Source: Eledone cirrhosa
Lineage: Eukaryota
NCBI GenBank assembly: GCA_964016885.1
Contig: OZ024747.1
Location: forward strand, 59,582,001-59,646,000
Reading direction: 5' to 3'
DNA: 64,000 bases
In this document: one piece after another, positions 40,021-53,877 of the stretch
How the letters are laid out: the number at the start of each line of letters is the position of its first letter
Position numbering within the stretch: the first letter of the stretch is position 1
Notes under the pieces: model-generated
The model's database searches: none
The model's input: only the letters and a program-made list of their open reading frames with translations
Told to the model about the DNA's origin: nothing
Translations under genes and position numbers: made by a program

Positions 40021-42240
40021 GTACATACATATTGTAATGTTAGTGTGGACAGATGTACATATTGTAGTGATAGTGTGGACAGATGTACATATTGTAGTGA
40101 TAGTGTGGACAGATGTACATATTGTAGAGATAGTGTCGACAGATGTACATACATATTGTAATGTTAGTGTGGACAGATGTACATATTGTAGTGATAGTGT
40201 GGACAGATGTACATACATATTGTAGTGATAGTGTCGACAGATGTACATATATATTGTAGTGTTAGTGTGGACAGATGTACATATTGTAGTGATAGTGTGG
40301 ACAGATGTACATACATATTGTAATGTTAGTGTGGACAGATGTACATACATATTGTAGTGATAGTGTGGACAGATGTACATACATATTGTAGTGATAGTGT
40401 GGACAGATGTACATACATATTGTAATGTTAGTGTGGACAGATGTACATACATATTGTAGTGATAGTGTGGACAGATGTACATACATATTGTAATGTTAGT
40501 GTGGACAGATGTACATATTGTAGTGATAGTGTGGACAGATGTACATACATATTGTAGTGATAGTGTGGACAGATGTACATACATATTGTAATGTTAGTGT
40601 GGACAGATGTACATATTGTAGTGATAGTGTGGACAGATGTACATACATATTGTAGTGTTAGTGTGGACAGATGTACATATTGTAATGTTAGTGTGGACAG
40701 ATGTACATACATATTGTAGTGATAGTGTGGACAGATGTACATACATATTGTAGTGATAGTGTGGACAGATGTACATACATATTGTAATGTTAGTGTGGAC
40801 AGATGTACATATTGTAGTGATAGTGTGGACAGATGTACATATTGTAGAGATAGTGTTGATAGATGTACATATTGTAGTGATAGTGTTGACAGATGTACAT
40901 ATTGTAGTGATAGTGTGGACAGATGTACATATTGTAGAGATAGTGTCGACAGATGTACATACATATTGTAATGTTAGTGTGGACAGATGTACATATTGTA
41001 GTGATAGTGTGGACAGATGTACATACATATTGTAGTGATAGTGTCGACAGATGTACATATATATTGTAGTGTTAGTGTGGACAGATGTACATATTGTAGT
41101 GATAGTGTGGACAGATGTACATACATATTGTAGTGATAGTGTGGACAGATGTACATACATATTGTAGTGATAGTGTGGACAGATGTACATACATATTGTA
41201 ATGTTAGTGTGGACAGATGTACATACATATTGTAGTGATAGTGTGGACAGATGTACATACATATTGTAATGTTAGTGTGGACAGATGTACATATTGTAGT
41301 GATAGTGTGGACAGATGTACATACATATTGTAGTGATAGTGTGGACAGATGTACATACATATTGTAATGTTAGTGTGGACAGATGTACATATTGTAATGT
41401 TAGTGTTGACAGATGTACATATTGTAGAGATAGTGTCGACAGATGTACATATTGTAGTGATAGTGTTGACAGATGTACATATTGTAGTGATAGTGTTGAC
41501 AGATGTACATATTGTAGTGATAGTGTTGACAGATGTACATATTGTAGTGATAGTGTGGACAGATGTACATATTGTAGTGATAGTGTGGACAGATGTACAT
41601 ACCTATTGTAGTGATAGTGTTGACAGATGTACATATATATTGTAATGTTAGTGTGGACAGATGTACATATTGCAGTGATAGTGTGGACAGATGTACATAC
41701 CTATTGTAGTGATAGTGTTGACAGATGTACATACATATTGTAGTGATAGTGTGGACAGATGTACATATATATTGTAGTGATAGTGTGGACAGATGTACAT
41801 ATATATTGTAGTGTTAGTGTGGACAGGTGTACATATATATTGTAGTGTTAGTGTGGACAGATGTACATATTGTAGTGATAGTGTGGACAGATGTACATAC
41901 ATATTGTAGTGATAGTGTCGACAGATGTACATATATATTGTAGTGTTAGTGTGGACAGATGTACATATATATTGTAGTGTTAGTGTGGACAGATGTACAT
42001 ATTGTAATGATAGTATGGACAGATGTACATACATATTGTAATGTTAGTGTGGACAGATGTACATATTGTAGTGATAGTGTTGACAGATGTACATATATAT
42101 TGTAGTGATAGTGTGGACAGATGTACATACATATTGTAATCTTAGTGTGGACAGATGTACATACATATTGTAGTGATAGTGTGGACAGATGTACATACAT
42201 ATTGTAATGATAGTGTGAACAGATGTTACATACAATTTGT
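40021..42240. repeat. 30/34-bp minisatellite
   Basis: attgtagtgatagtgtggacagatgtacat(acat); a variant block recurs at an 810-bp offset (40121/40931). Confidence 0.97.
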
Positions 42241-43034
42241 AGCATTATTGCCTGCAAATGGTTGCATATCACATAATGCTCACAAGGATGGTATTTCTTG
42301 CTCTCCATACAATATAGGATTCAATGAATTCAGTTGCTAATCCTTCTAAAAATGCTTTAATTTAGTTATTTAATGGTTGATTGTTCCTAATGTTTAGGAA
42401 ATATTTCCAGCCCTAATTTAATTAAGAAAAATAATGATCCTATCTCTATTACATTGTTTAACTATAACAGGCCTTCAGCTAAACAATGTTAAACACCAAT
42501 TCTATTTCAGGAAATTTTTTTCTCCTTCCCAAATAGAATTTTATTGATTTAAATTTGAATTAGTAATGTGAAATAATTAATTTCAGAATGGTAAGAGTAA
42601 TTTCTCGTAACTTTTTTTTTTTTTTTTAAATAAAAAGTTCAATTGATTGTGACTGAGATGGTTTCATAAATAATTTGTCTAAAAATATTACATTCAAGTT
42701 TGATAACTTTTTTTAAAGTAAGAAATATTTGAAATATTACAAAATGAAATTAAAACCATTTTATACAATGTAACCACACATATCTTTCTCTCCCTCTCTC
42801 TCTCTCTATATATATGTGTGTGTATATATATTTATGGACAGATGTATGTATATATATATATATTTATATACACACACACGTTATATACATACACATATAT
42901 ACATATGCATACACATACGTGTGTGTATGTATTCTATTTATATTCTCTGAATTAATTTCATTCTTAGGTTTATGGCTTGAAAATGAAATTAGTCAATAAA
43001 TTTGCCACTCTATTTTACAGTCGTCGTCTGTGTG

Positions 43035-43087
<53 letters not shown>

Positions 43088-43234
43088 TATATTGTGTGTT
43101 TATATATGGTTATATATATATGTGTGTGTATATCTGTGTGTGTATATATATATATATATATATTATATTGTGTGTTTATATATGGTTATATATATATATG
43201 TGTGTGTGTATATACATTCATATGTGTGTGTATA

Positions 43235-43267
<33 letters not shown>

Positions 43268-43400
43268 TATATTATGTGTTTATATATGTTTATATATATA
43301 TATGTGTGTGTATATACATATGTGTGTGTATATCTGTGTGTATATATATATTATATTATGTGTGTTTATATATGTTTATATATATATATGTGTGTATATC

Positions 43401-43431
<31 letters not shown>

Positions 43432-43451
43432 TATTATATTATATATTGTCC

Positions 43452-43636
43452 CGGCGGTGGATTGGCAGTATCAGTAGAGGGTCGGACGCCATGCTTTCCA
43501 GCATAGTTACGTCCCTTTACGATCTGAGTTCAAATCCCGCCGTGGTTGACTTTGCCTTTCATCCTTACGGGGTCGATAAAATAAAGTACCAGTAATGCAC
43601 TGGGTAATTGCCGGCCTTGTGCCTAAAGTAGAAATA
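43452..43636 (+). mobile_element. tRNA-derived SINE (family B)
   Basis: ggcggtggattggcag..gagttcaaatcccgccg..gactttgcctttcatcc..ggggtcgataaaataaagtaccagt; partial copies at 45087-45160, 45200-45400 and 62260-62330(-). Confidence 0.8.
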
Positions 43637-44089
43637 ATTATATTATATATTGTCCCACCCTTGCAAGCAGGGAAAAGCGGGCGTAAAATGAGGATGATGA
43701 TGTGTATATATATATATATATGAGTGTTTATATATACATATGCATGTATATATATGTGAGTATATATACATGCATGTATATGTGTGTGTATATATGTGGT
43801 GTGTGTATATGTATATATGTGGTGTCTGTGTATGACTGACTTACCTTCATTTTTTGTTCACTTTAAATGTCTTCTCATAGTATTGGATTCTATTCACTAT
43901 TTGCCATTCTTTATTGAAATGTGTCCCCACTTCATTGCATTCTGTTCCAATTATAGTTACCAAGGATTACTGATTATTCCACACTTCTTACATTTTTTTT
44001 ATTTTATTTCTCCGTTTTCTGTTTTGTTTTTTTTTCTTTGAAGGGTTTCACCAAACTTTACTGCCATTACACAATACTCTTTCTCTCTC

Positions 44090-44145
<56 letters not shown>

Positions 44146-44240
44146 AAAGTTCTATTTAAAATTGTTGGGATACAACAAGTAAATATTTTTATAACTGATA
44201 TAAAGCACTCAACAAGTATTTGGAGTAGATATACTCTTTA

Positions 44241-44302
<62 letters not shown>

Positions 44303-44321
44303 CGTATATATATATATATAG

Positions 44322-44441
44322 TATAAAGAGTCGAAACCTGACAGCTGAGCTCTTGCCGTTTCAACAGCTAGTTCCAGACTCAGTCTGGAACTAGCTGTTG
44401 AAACAGCAAGAGCTCAGCCGTTGGGGTCTTGACTCTTTATA
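44322..44441. repeat. 120-bp near-perfect palindrome
   Basis: tataaagagtc..tttcaacagctagttccagact c agtctggaactagctgttgaaa..gactctttata. Confidence 0.9.
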
Positions 44442-45406
44442 ATATAACCATACTCTACTACTCCAAGTGTCGTGTACTCTGTTGAGTAGTGGTCTGCTTT
44501 ATATATATATATATATATCCTGCTTTATATATATATATATATCATCATGATCATCATTTAACGTCCATCTTCCACGCTAGCATGGGTTGGACGGTTTTGT
44601 CCCACGTGAGGCGAACTTGGTCAGGAGACCATGTCTCACTCGTACAGCTCCCTCTCTTCCTCTCCCTCTCCTCCTCTCCCTATTATCTCCCTCTCACCAA
44701 TATGTTCACCATTTTTAGTATTGATATGTAAATCATCATCATCATTTACATTAAAATTAACTAGAAAATTTCTATAGCTCAATATCCCTCTTCTCTCCAT
44801 TCTCCCTCTATTCTCTCTTTGCCCTCAACTATCTACATTGTCCCCTCAGATTCTGCTCTTGCTATCCCCAACTGCCCATTTCACCATGTTTTCCTGTATT
44901 CCCTCTTTGCCTTCAACTATCTACATTATGTTCCCCCAGAATATTCTCTTCCTGTCCCTTAACTTTCCATACCAGAATGTCTCCCTTAATTATTCCCACC
45001 CTGCGTTTGTAAGCCTTGATAGTTTCAATCTGTTTCTCTTACAGATACTTTCAGATTCTTTTGTCTTTTATCTTCCATTATTACATTTGGGGGTCGATAA
45101 AATAAAGTACCAGTAATACACTGGGTAATTGCTGGCCTTGTGCCAAAAGTAGAAACAATTATTACATTTATCAGTGGAGTGGAGGACGATGTTACATTAT
45201 AATGGCAGTGTATTGGCAGTATCAGTGGAGTACTGGACAGAATGTTTTGCAGTACTTAGTTATGATTTCCGCATTTTGATTTCAAATCCTTCTGAGGTCA
45301 ATTTAACTTTTCATACTTCTGGGGTCAATACAATTAAGTAACAGTCATGGACTGTGTAAATATAATTGACTTTTCTCTTCCCACAAATTGTTGGCTTTGT
45401 GTCTTA

Positions 45407-45750
45407 TCATTTCATTTTTCATTTCATTTTACGTCCACTTTTCCCTGCTTGCAAGGGTGGGACGGGAACTGATTCTGGCTTGATTTCTACAGCTGGATGC
45501 CCTTCCTAACACCAACCTCATTTACAGTGAGTGCTGGGTGCTTTTTTTGCCGTGACACCTCCACGACCACTTTGCAGTGGAATGATATGGACCGCAGTCC
45601 CTATCATCTCATTTCTACAGCTGAGTAAACTGGAGCAATGTGAAATAAAGTGTCTTGCTCAAGGAAACAATGCATCACCCGGTCTGAGAATTGAACTCAC
45701 AACCTTTCGATTGCAAGGCCACTGCTCTAACCACTAAGCCATGTGCCTCC
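45407..45750 (-). mobile_element. tRNA-derived SINE (family A), full length
   Basis: near-identical to 26776-27127. Confidence 0.9.
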
Positions 45751-45767
45751 ATAATTAGAAATAAATG

Positions 45768-46030
45768 CAGTCAATACACACCTCATTGAAAATACACCTC
45801 AGCTTTATATCAAACAATACTTTGTCACGCACTAAGTCAGTGATACACCTCACTAATGTACACCTCTAATTTATATCAAATAAAATCTTTACTTTGTCAC
45901 ACGCTAACAGTCAGTGTACACCTAATTGATAGAGCACATCTAGTTTATATCAAACATTATCTTTACTTTGTCACACACTAACAGTCAGTGTACACCTCAT
46001 TGATAGAACACCTCTAGTTTATATCATAAT
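45768..46030. repeat. diverged ~70-bp tandem repeat, ~4 copies
   Basis: cagtcagtgtacacctcattgatagaacacctctagtttatatcaaac..tactttgtcacacacta. Confidence 0.7.
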
Positions 46031-46163
46031 GTATCCTTTATAACTCTAATGAAATCTTACATTTAAATGTATTGAAGAAATTAAGGAGCGGTTAAATTGT
46101 TAAGACATTCAGCAAACTTTAGTATATATCATTCTTATGTCTGCTATTCCATGCTTGTATGGG

Positions 46164-46392
46164 TTAACCCTTTAGTATTTATATTACTCTCTATATATTA
46201 TTATATTTTCATGGTAAAGGCTTTACCTCACATAATTATCCCACTTAATATTGAATTCATGAGGTTTTGATTTTATTTATTTTGAGAAAAATACCTTAAC
46301 ATCAGTATGAGCAGCCAGTTACAGCCAGTTCGAACAGAAAGAGATGAGAGAATTTTTGCGGGATATAGCTGGTTTAAATGCTAAAGGGTTAA
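46164..46392 (-). mobile_element. TTAA-flanked (piggyBac-like) MITE, copy 1
   Basis: ttaa|ccctttag..ctaaaggg|ttaa; inserted into an RTE tail. Confidence 0.75.
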
Positions 46393-46790
46393 ATGAGTCT
46401 TCCCCGATACAGCTTGCTCCCAACTTGTCGCGTTCTTTTATCATCTCTGTGAAATTCAATGCTCTGAGATTAGCTCTCACCAATTCTGCTCACATTTTTC
46501 TTGGTCGTCTTCTGCAGCTTCATTTCACTTGGAACTTCTAGCACTTTATCAACCAATGATCATCCATCTGCAGCCACCTGCATCATGTCCGTACCAGTGC
46601 AATCTTCTCTTGCATGCTACATCTGATTCCCCTTATGCCCAGTTTTCCTTTCAATCTTTCAATTCATCTGTGCTTCATTACACATCCAGCAGAGCATGCA
46701 AGCCTCATTTCTTTCTAACCTTTCTACATCCTCTGCGTTCAGTGATCATGTTCCCCTACCATGCAAATTACACTTCATACACAGGCATCA
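46393..46790 (-). mobile_element. decayed RTE-clade LINE 3' fragment
   Basis: minus strand gives RRLHWYGH and RRRPRK with in-frame stops; its tail lies at 46130-46163, beyond the MITE. Confidence 0.65.
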
Positions 46791-46840
46791 CACACACACA
46801 CACACACACAGATGTTTGGGCATTAGAGACTAATTAACCT

Positions 46841-47028
46841 TTAACTCTTTAGCATTCTTTCACCTCTTTCTGTTCAAACTGGCTGTAACTGGCCACTCAT
46901 ACTAATGTAAAGGTATTGTTCTCAAAATAAGTAATTTCAAAATCTCATAGACTCTATTATGTGCAATAAAAACTTTACTGGGAAAATATAATAGTATATA
47001 TAGAGTAATATAAATACTAAAGGGTTAA
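46841..47028 (+). mobile_element. TTAA-flanked MITE, copy 2
   Basis: ttaactctttagcatt..tactaaagggttaa; body is the inverse of copy 1. Confidence 0.7.
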
Positions 47029-47149
47029 TATATATATAACTCTATAAAGTAAACTGTCTCTAATACAGTTTATTTCAGATACATATATATAGACACAGAT
47101 TGTTCTAGATATGCATATAAATACGCATACATATAAAGATGTATATATA

Positions 47150-48382
47150 CAGGGTGTGGGCGATATTTGTTCGCAATTTTCAACTGCTAATTTTATGCAA
47201 ATTTTTTTTGCTTCCGTTGTCACTCTGTCTTCATAAAAACAGTGACTATATTTCCATTATTTATTTTCAGAATAATTGATTATGAATAATTTTGAACCTC
47301 CAAATTTGCGGAAGAGACACAGAGTTCTTCTTGGAATCTGCGCCGGTAGGACAAATAAGGAAATTTCAGACTTTGTCAGCATCAGCAGGAGAATGGTGGA
47401 AAACGTCAGAAAGGAATTGGAAGATTCAGGATTCGACTACGAAGCAACATCAGAGAAGAAAACACATGATCGACGATCTGACGCCTTCAGAACGCCAGAG
47501 TTCGTCGCTGAAGTTCAGGATATCAACAATGAACCTAGCAAGTCGATGCGTGCCATTGCAAGGGAGAAAGGCGTGGATGAAAAGCTCATTAGGCTGGTGG
47601 TACATGAAGAAATTCGCTATGTTTCATACAAGATGAGGAAAGGACAATTTCTGTCAAAGGCAAGAAAAAGACAATTTCTGCGATGCAAGAAAAGTGGCTG
47701 AAGCATGTAAAGAAGCTGATCAACAAGTTGAAACACCCACTGGACGAGAAAACGTCTAACACCAGAAGATCAACTCCCAGAACAACAGGTGGCTCGCTGT
47801 CTCGTCCATAGACGTGCCTAGAGTCATGCAGACAAAGTTTCCAGTGACAACATTGGTCTTAGGTGTCGTCAGCAGTCAAGGTGACGTCATGCCACCTCAC
47901 TTCTTTCCTGAGGGCCTCAAGCTGAACACCGATGGCTACATCTGCGATCTGTAAAGCCCTGGATCGACCAGGTAGGCTGTATGCATGGCAGCAAGACTCA
48001 GCACCCTGCCATACCAGCCGAAAGACCCAAGCCTGGCTGTCAGAGAACTTCGTTGACCACACTTCACCTGACTGCAACGCCCTCGACTTCTTTGTGTGGG
48101 GCGCACTGGAATGAGACACCAACAGATCTCTAGCTGCAATATGACAGACGATCTGAAGGCCAGTATCACTAAGTCGGGGGACAGTGACAAAGGCCTGTAG
48201 CCAGTTCCGAGGCTGCCTTGAGGCCGTCATCAAAGCCAATGGCGGGTTTATCGAGTGAGATCGAAAGAACAAGTCATGAAGACAAACTGACCCAAGTTTG
48301 ATAAATAAATCTTAAAAAATAAAACTACTGTGTTATTTTTTCCTAGACAGTAATCTTGTGAACAAATATCATCCACATCCTG
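47150..48382 (+). mobile_element. Tc1/mariner superfamily DNA transposon (DD37D/maT-like), decayed
   Basis: TIRs ta|cagggtgtgggcgatatttgttcgcaa ... ttgtgaacaaatatcatccacatcctg|ta; TA target. Confidence 0.9.
47282..48258 (+). pseudogene. DD37D/maT-like transposase pseudogene
   Basis: HTH region (KSMRAIAREKGV), then DEK, NSQNNRWLA, VMPPHFF, WQQDSAPCH and SPDCNALDFFVWG across several frames, with deletions. Confidence 0.85.
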
Positions 48383-49082
48383 TATATATATATATATCTA
48401 TATCTATATATATATATATATACATCTTAATTTATGTAGGCATCTCAATGAATGGCTTCTTTTAGTGAATTTGACTTATATCCGCCACCAAGTGAGATTT
48501 GGGATTAAATTTTATATATATATATATATATATATAGATATATATATATATATATATATATGAACGTCAGTGGCACATAAATGTGTATATAAATATCATT
48601 TTTTTATCCGTTTTTCCATGCTTGCATGCTTTGTAAGTATGTATGTGTGTATGCTCTATAGCTGACACCTGTGTGTGTGTATAACATTCCTTGGTTTGAT
48701 AGCTTGTGGTTTTAAAACTGTTTCTAATCTAAAACATTTCTTTATAGTACAAGAAAAATATTTTTCCTTTGGAATCTCTCAAAGAGAATGGAAATAATGA
48801 ACAAAACATATTTGTGATGAACTTTCTCAATGAAATGTAGTGTTATTGATAAAGTTGCCAGTAGTGATTGATAAAAGATTATTGGAAATATGTGCTCAAG
48901 TCTGAAAGAACTATTTACATAGGATATATGTTCCTATTAGAATCTATGTACAATATTTAACTTCTGGTTTTGAGAAAATCAGTCAGTATTCCAGATTATT
49001 TTTCTATTGTATCAACATACTAACTCTTTTGAGATCACCCTGCCTGAAACACCCCTGGTTCTGTGATACAAAACTGCCTCTT

Positions 49083-49280
49083 TTAACCCTCTAGCATTTA
49101 AACTGGCCATATCGCCCAGAATTCTCTCACCTCTTTCTGTTCAAGCCAGCTGTAACCATCTGTTCATATTGATGTTAAGGTATTGTTCTCAAATAAATGT
49201 CAAAATCTCAGATTTGATATTATGTGAGACCATGAAAATATAATAGTAAATATAGAGTAATGTAAATGCTAAAGGGTTAA
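49083..49280 (+). mobile_element. TTAA-flanked MITE, copy 3
   Basis: ttaaccctctagcatttaaactggcc..aaatgctaaagggttaa. Confidence 0.75.
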
Positions 49281-50322
49281 ATTATTCATAATTTTATGTA
49301 AGAATGTTTTTTGTTATGCTCTAATTAATGGCGGCTTAATTGTGTAAATATGTTAGTTTATTTTATTAAATCTCTCTAAATTTGGTTTATTTCCAGAATT
49401 AATTGAAACACAATTGGCCAAAGAAAGATAGATAGAGGGGGGGGGGGGGGGCACACACACACATACATACACACATGCATACACACATGCATACACACAT
49501 GCATTCACACATGCATTCACACATGCATTCACACATGCATTCACACAAGCATTCACACAAGCATACACACAAGCATACACACATACATGCGCACATGCAT
49601 AAGCACATGCACACACACATGCATACGCACATGCACATGCACACATACATGCACACACACACATACATACATACATACATAGAGAGAGAGAATTGGGGGT
49701 ATTTATACGTGAAAAGATCGGCAGGTTTTAAGAGTGGGGAAGAAAAGAAAAAATTGAATAATGTAGAGATAAGCAGAAGTAAGAAATGTGTGATTTTTCA
49801 ATAATTTCTATATTTTCCAAATTCATACCTTAATTCAATGGTTATCTTAGAGTAATTAGAATAACAGAGGTTTACATATTTGGGGAATGTATTTAGAAAT
49901 TGTAAAACAATCTACATAATATATAAAGATATGAGATCAAAGAAGATTTGCATAATAATAATATAAATCTAGTTTAAGAGGCTTTTTTTAAAACATATAA
50001 CAACATATTGAGTCCTACAGACAGGGCTGGTATCTGTGTAGTCAGTGTCTTAGGCTAGCCTGACAATGTGTGCACGCTCCTCTCAAGATAATTTCATCTT
50101 ACATCTGCCAGGCTGGGAAACCAACTTCTTGACACTACTTGCTCTGATCACCCTAACAAAATGATTAAGCCTGTATTTTCTACTAAACAGTCTGCACTCA
50201 CCCATGCCAAATCACATGACAGGACACAGTACCACAAGGCTCTCTTCATCACTTTGGATATTTCCATAAAGTTGCTATTGGTAAAGATAGTTAGCAATTA
50301 ATTGATTGATTACTGGAAATTA

Positions 50323-50323
<1 letters not shown>

Positions 50324-50360
<37 letters not shown>

Positions 50361-50548
50361 TGTTTAACGTCCATATTCCACGCTTGCATGGGTTTGGACG
50401 GGAGTTTTCCCACTTGAGGCAAGAGTGGTTGTCTTGCTCGCATAGGACTGTCTGGCGGGTTTTCTATGGCTGGATGCCCTTCCTAACACCAACCACATTT
50501 ACAGTGTGGAACTGGGAGGTTTTTACCATGTTACCTACACGGCCACAT
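50324..50548 (-). mobile_element. 3'UTR-only copy of the RTE LINE
   Basis: (tca)n plus the reverse complement of the 31595-31798-type sequence. Confidence 0.8.
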
Positions 50549-50577
50549 TAATTATATACATTAATATAAAAGATTCT

Positions 50578-50790
50578 TTAACCCTTTAGCATTTAAACTG
50601 GCCATATCCGGCCAGAATCCTCTTACCTCTTTCTATTCAAACTGGCTGTAACTGGCTGCTGATACATACATTAAGGTATTGTTCTTAAAATAAATATCAA
50701 AATCTCATAGATTCAATATTATGTGAGATAAAGCCCTTACTGTGAATATACAATAGTAAATATAGAGTAATGTAAATTGTAAAGTGTTAA
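50578..50790 (+). mobile_element. TTAA-flanked MITE, copy 4
   Basis: ttaaccctttagcatttaaactggcc..gtaaagtgttaa. Confidence 0.75.
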
Positions 50791-51751
50791 AGTTCAGTAA
50801 TGTGACCCCTTTTGAGGTCTGTTCCTGCTCTAGGCAGCAGTCCAGCTGATTTAATGGTAACATTGGCATTTCCTGCAGATTTTATGTCTTTGTGTATTGG
50901 TAAAGAAATATTTTATTTCATTAATTTTTTTTTTTTTCTGTTTAAAGAATGAGAAAACTGCACAGTTTGGTGTGATTATCATCACTTAACCCTTTGAATG
51001 TTTAATGCTCTTGAAATTATCAGAAGTCATCTTTTTGAGACAATGAAGTCTCTTGCTTTTAAAAAAAAAAAAAAAAAATAATAATAAATAAAAATGAAAT
51101 AAAATAAATATTTAAAAAGAACTGAATTAGTCTGGAATCGCATTTTTTTCAATTTGATTATCTAGTATTTAAACTATTTAATCAATTTTCAATTAATTAT
51201 TTAATTAAGAATTTTAATTCAGGTTACACATGAAATTTGTATTTACTCTTATTTGCCATAATAATTAAAAAAAAAACAAAACACCTTGACAATAAACCAG
51301 GTGTCTTATGAGTAATTCATTAATTAATGTCAGATGATCGTAGACATTTTAGTTATGTTTCAATAAAATATTTTAATATCAGTGTTTTCTTTTTTTTTTT
51401 ATTTAAGTGTATATCTCGAAAGTTAGAAATTTGCTGTAATAATAGTAAATAGCAATATTTTTTTAATCTGTTTGAAATAATTTTGAGAGAAATGTAAATT
51501 ATTATTGTCAGTAATTTTCTGTCTATCAATTTTAACCACAAACAACATTCACTATAAACTGTGCAGCCACACAGCCATGAATCTACTGTATTGGTGTCTT
51601 GTGCAGCAAACTATGGCCACTTTGGAATGCTGCTGCATTGTTGCTTTGAACTTAATGTATTTGCTCTAAGTTTGAAACTTCCTGTTCTATGGTTGGGAAA
51701 AATTGGCAGGGACGATGCTTACAAGACATTGGTCACTCTGAGGCTGTAGCT

Positions 51752-52177
51752 CAGAGGTTCTCAAAGTGTGTGTGTGTGGGGTGGGGGGGATTGTAGAGAA
51801 GGTCTTGTGGGGGGGGGGGGGGGGGGGGGGGGGGCTATGAATTTATTTATAATATACTATTGAATATAAATGATATAATCTATATAGTACTAAAACTCTG
51901 TGATTGATTGCTTGCTTGTAATACAGCCAAAAGGATGCATAATGGGAAAATACTTTGAAAGTAAGTTGACCCTGGAATGGGAATACAAATGGAATAAAAT
52001 AATTTTCGCGTAAATCGGAGCATGGCTTTCTGAGCTATGGGTTTTTTCCGGGTGCCTTCATAAACAGAGAGAGAGAGAGATAGAGATAGTGGTTGTGAGA
52101 GCGTAGATTGAAAGTGAGACCATAGGGCGAGGAGAAGGATGATGGAAGAGAGATAGAGATCTGGTGGTGGTGTTATG

Positions 52178-52242
<65 letters not shown>

Positions 52243-52615
52243 ATATATATATATTATATATATATATATATATATATGTCAGTGGCAAAGGGTAACCTGG
52301 AAAGCAGGGCATGCAGTCCAATCGCCATGCCGGAAAGTGGGGCTGTGCAGGCTTACCCCCCCTCCCCCCAATTCCCTCTAAATGACCCTCCCAGTCAAAG
52401 CCGCATGTAGTGTTATCTAGTGTGTGTGTGTGTTATCTTTTTATGTGTCTACGATTAAGTAAGCAGTCAAAATTCTGCTTGCCCCAAAGCTGTCGTGTGT
52501 TTGTGTGTATATGTGTGCCAAAATTCTGCTTGCTTCAACCGGCACAAGCAATTGATCAACTCAAGATTCTATAATGCATGCACTGCATGCGTTGCATGCA
52601 CAGACCCTTCGCCCC

Positions 52616-52651
<36 letters not shown>

Positions 52652-53186
52652 GTGTGTGTGTCTATGACCAGTGTATCACAGACACCCACATGTATATATA
52701 CACACACCCATATATGTATACACACACACACACACACATATACATACATACACGTATATATATATGGGCCTGCCAGTTTCATTTCACATATATACATGTC
52801 TGAGTATTATATTTTAATGATTTAAAAATTATTTTTAAGTGAACATGTAAAAAATATATTTTGAAAGTAATGTGACCCAACAAGTCACGAGTGGTCTAGT
52901 AGTATATTAAATATCAAGATACATATTGTATATAAATATAGTAAAATAAAAAAATATATAATATTTATTTATATATCATCATCATCGTTTAACGCCTATC
53001 TTCCACGCTAGCATGGGTTAGACATAGTAAATATTATATTATTATATAAAAATGAATGATTTTATTTATTATATATTGGTTACAATTTGTGTATAGGCAT
53101 GTCTCTCTGTAAATAGGGTCGGGGCTGCGCTGAGGATATTATGTGACCGTGGGGTGGGGGTAGCCTCAAAAGTTTGAGAACCTCTG
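51752..53186. mobile_element. hAT-type (Charlie-like) MITE with 8-bp TSD
   Basis: ctgtagct|cagaggttctcaaa ... tttgagaacctctg|ctgtagct. Confidence 0.85.
51879..52899 (+). mobile_element. non-autonomous Helitron nested in the hAT MITE
   Basis: a|TCTATATAGTACTAAAACTCTG..; 3' hairpin gtgac-ccaacaa-gtcac, then gagtggtCTAG|t; A/T target, no TSD. Confidence 0.65.
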
Positions 53187-53502
53187 CTGTAGCTGTAGAT
53201 AATTGCCCTGTGAGACTCCTTCAGTAATATCTCTACAACAGCGTTTAGCTGACCAATGCTTGGTCAGTGAAATTAGTAAATGGAAATTGTAATGAAACCC
53301 ATCACATGTATATAAATAGGACCTACAAATACTCAGATCTGAATGTAGATACTTCTAGAAGAAACCCAAACTTATCCACAAAATAGGACCATCAAATGTC
53401 CCAACTCAGAAAAACAAGAACAAAGCCAACTATATTAGATCTAAAACATCCATATTTTCTGCCTCTTATGTCCCATAAACCAGCCACCAAACTACATTAA
53501 TT

Positions 53503-53868
53503 ACTAATACTATACACATTGCTATCTTTACTCTAGTTAAGTGTATTACAATTGACCCAAAAAATAAATACACCCAGCCCACACCGTAAAGTGGTTATGT
53601 AGGTGTCATGACAAAAAGCACCCAGCACACAATGTAAAGTGGTCATGTAAGTGTCATGACAAAAAACACTCAGTAATCACTGTAAAGTGGTCATGTTGGT
53701 GTCATGACAAAAAGCACCCAGCACACATAGGAAGGGCATCCAGCCATAGAAACCAAGCCCAAATCATCCATGTGTGAGCGAAACATAGTCATCTGATCTG
53801 ATCTCTCCCAAAGTGACAGCCTGTCCTATCCATGCTAGCATGGAAAATGGACGTTAAACAATGATGAT
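53503..53868 (+). mobile_element. RTE-tailed retroposon with 48-bp internal repeats (inverse of 30158-30621)
   Basis: shared ~75-bp 5' segment, gtaaagtggtcatg..gtcatgacaaaaagcacccagcac repeats, tail ccatgctagcatggaaaatggacgttaaacaatgatga. Confidence 0.78.
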
Positions 53869-53877
53869 AATTGTGAT

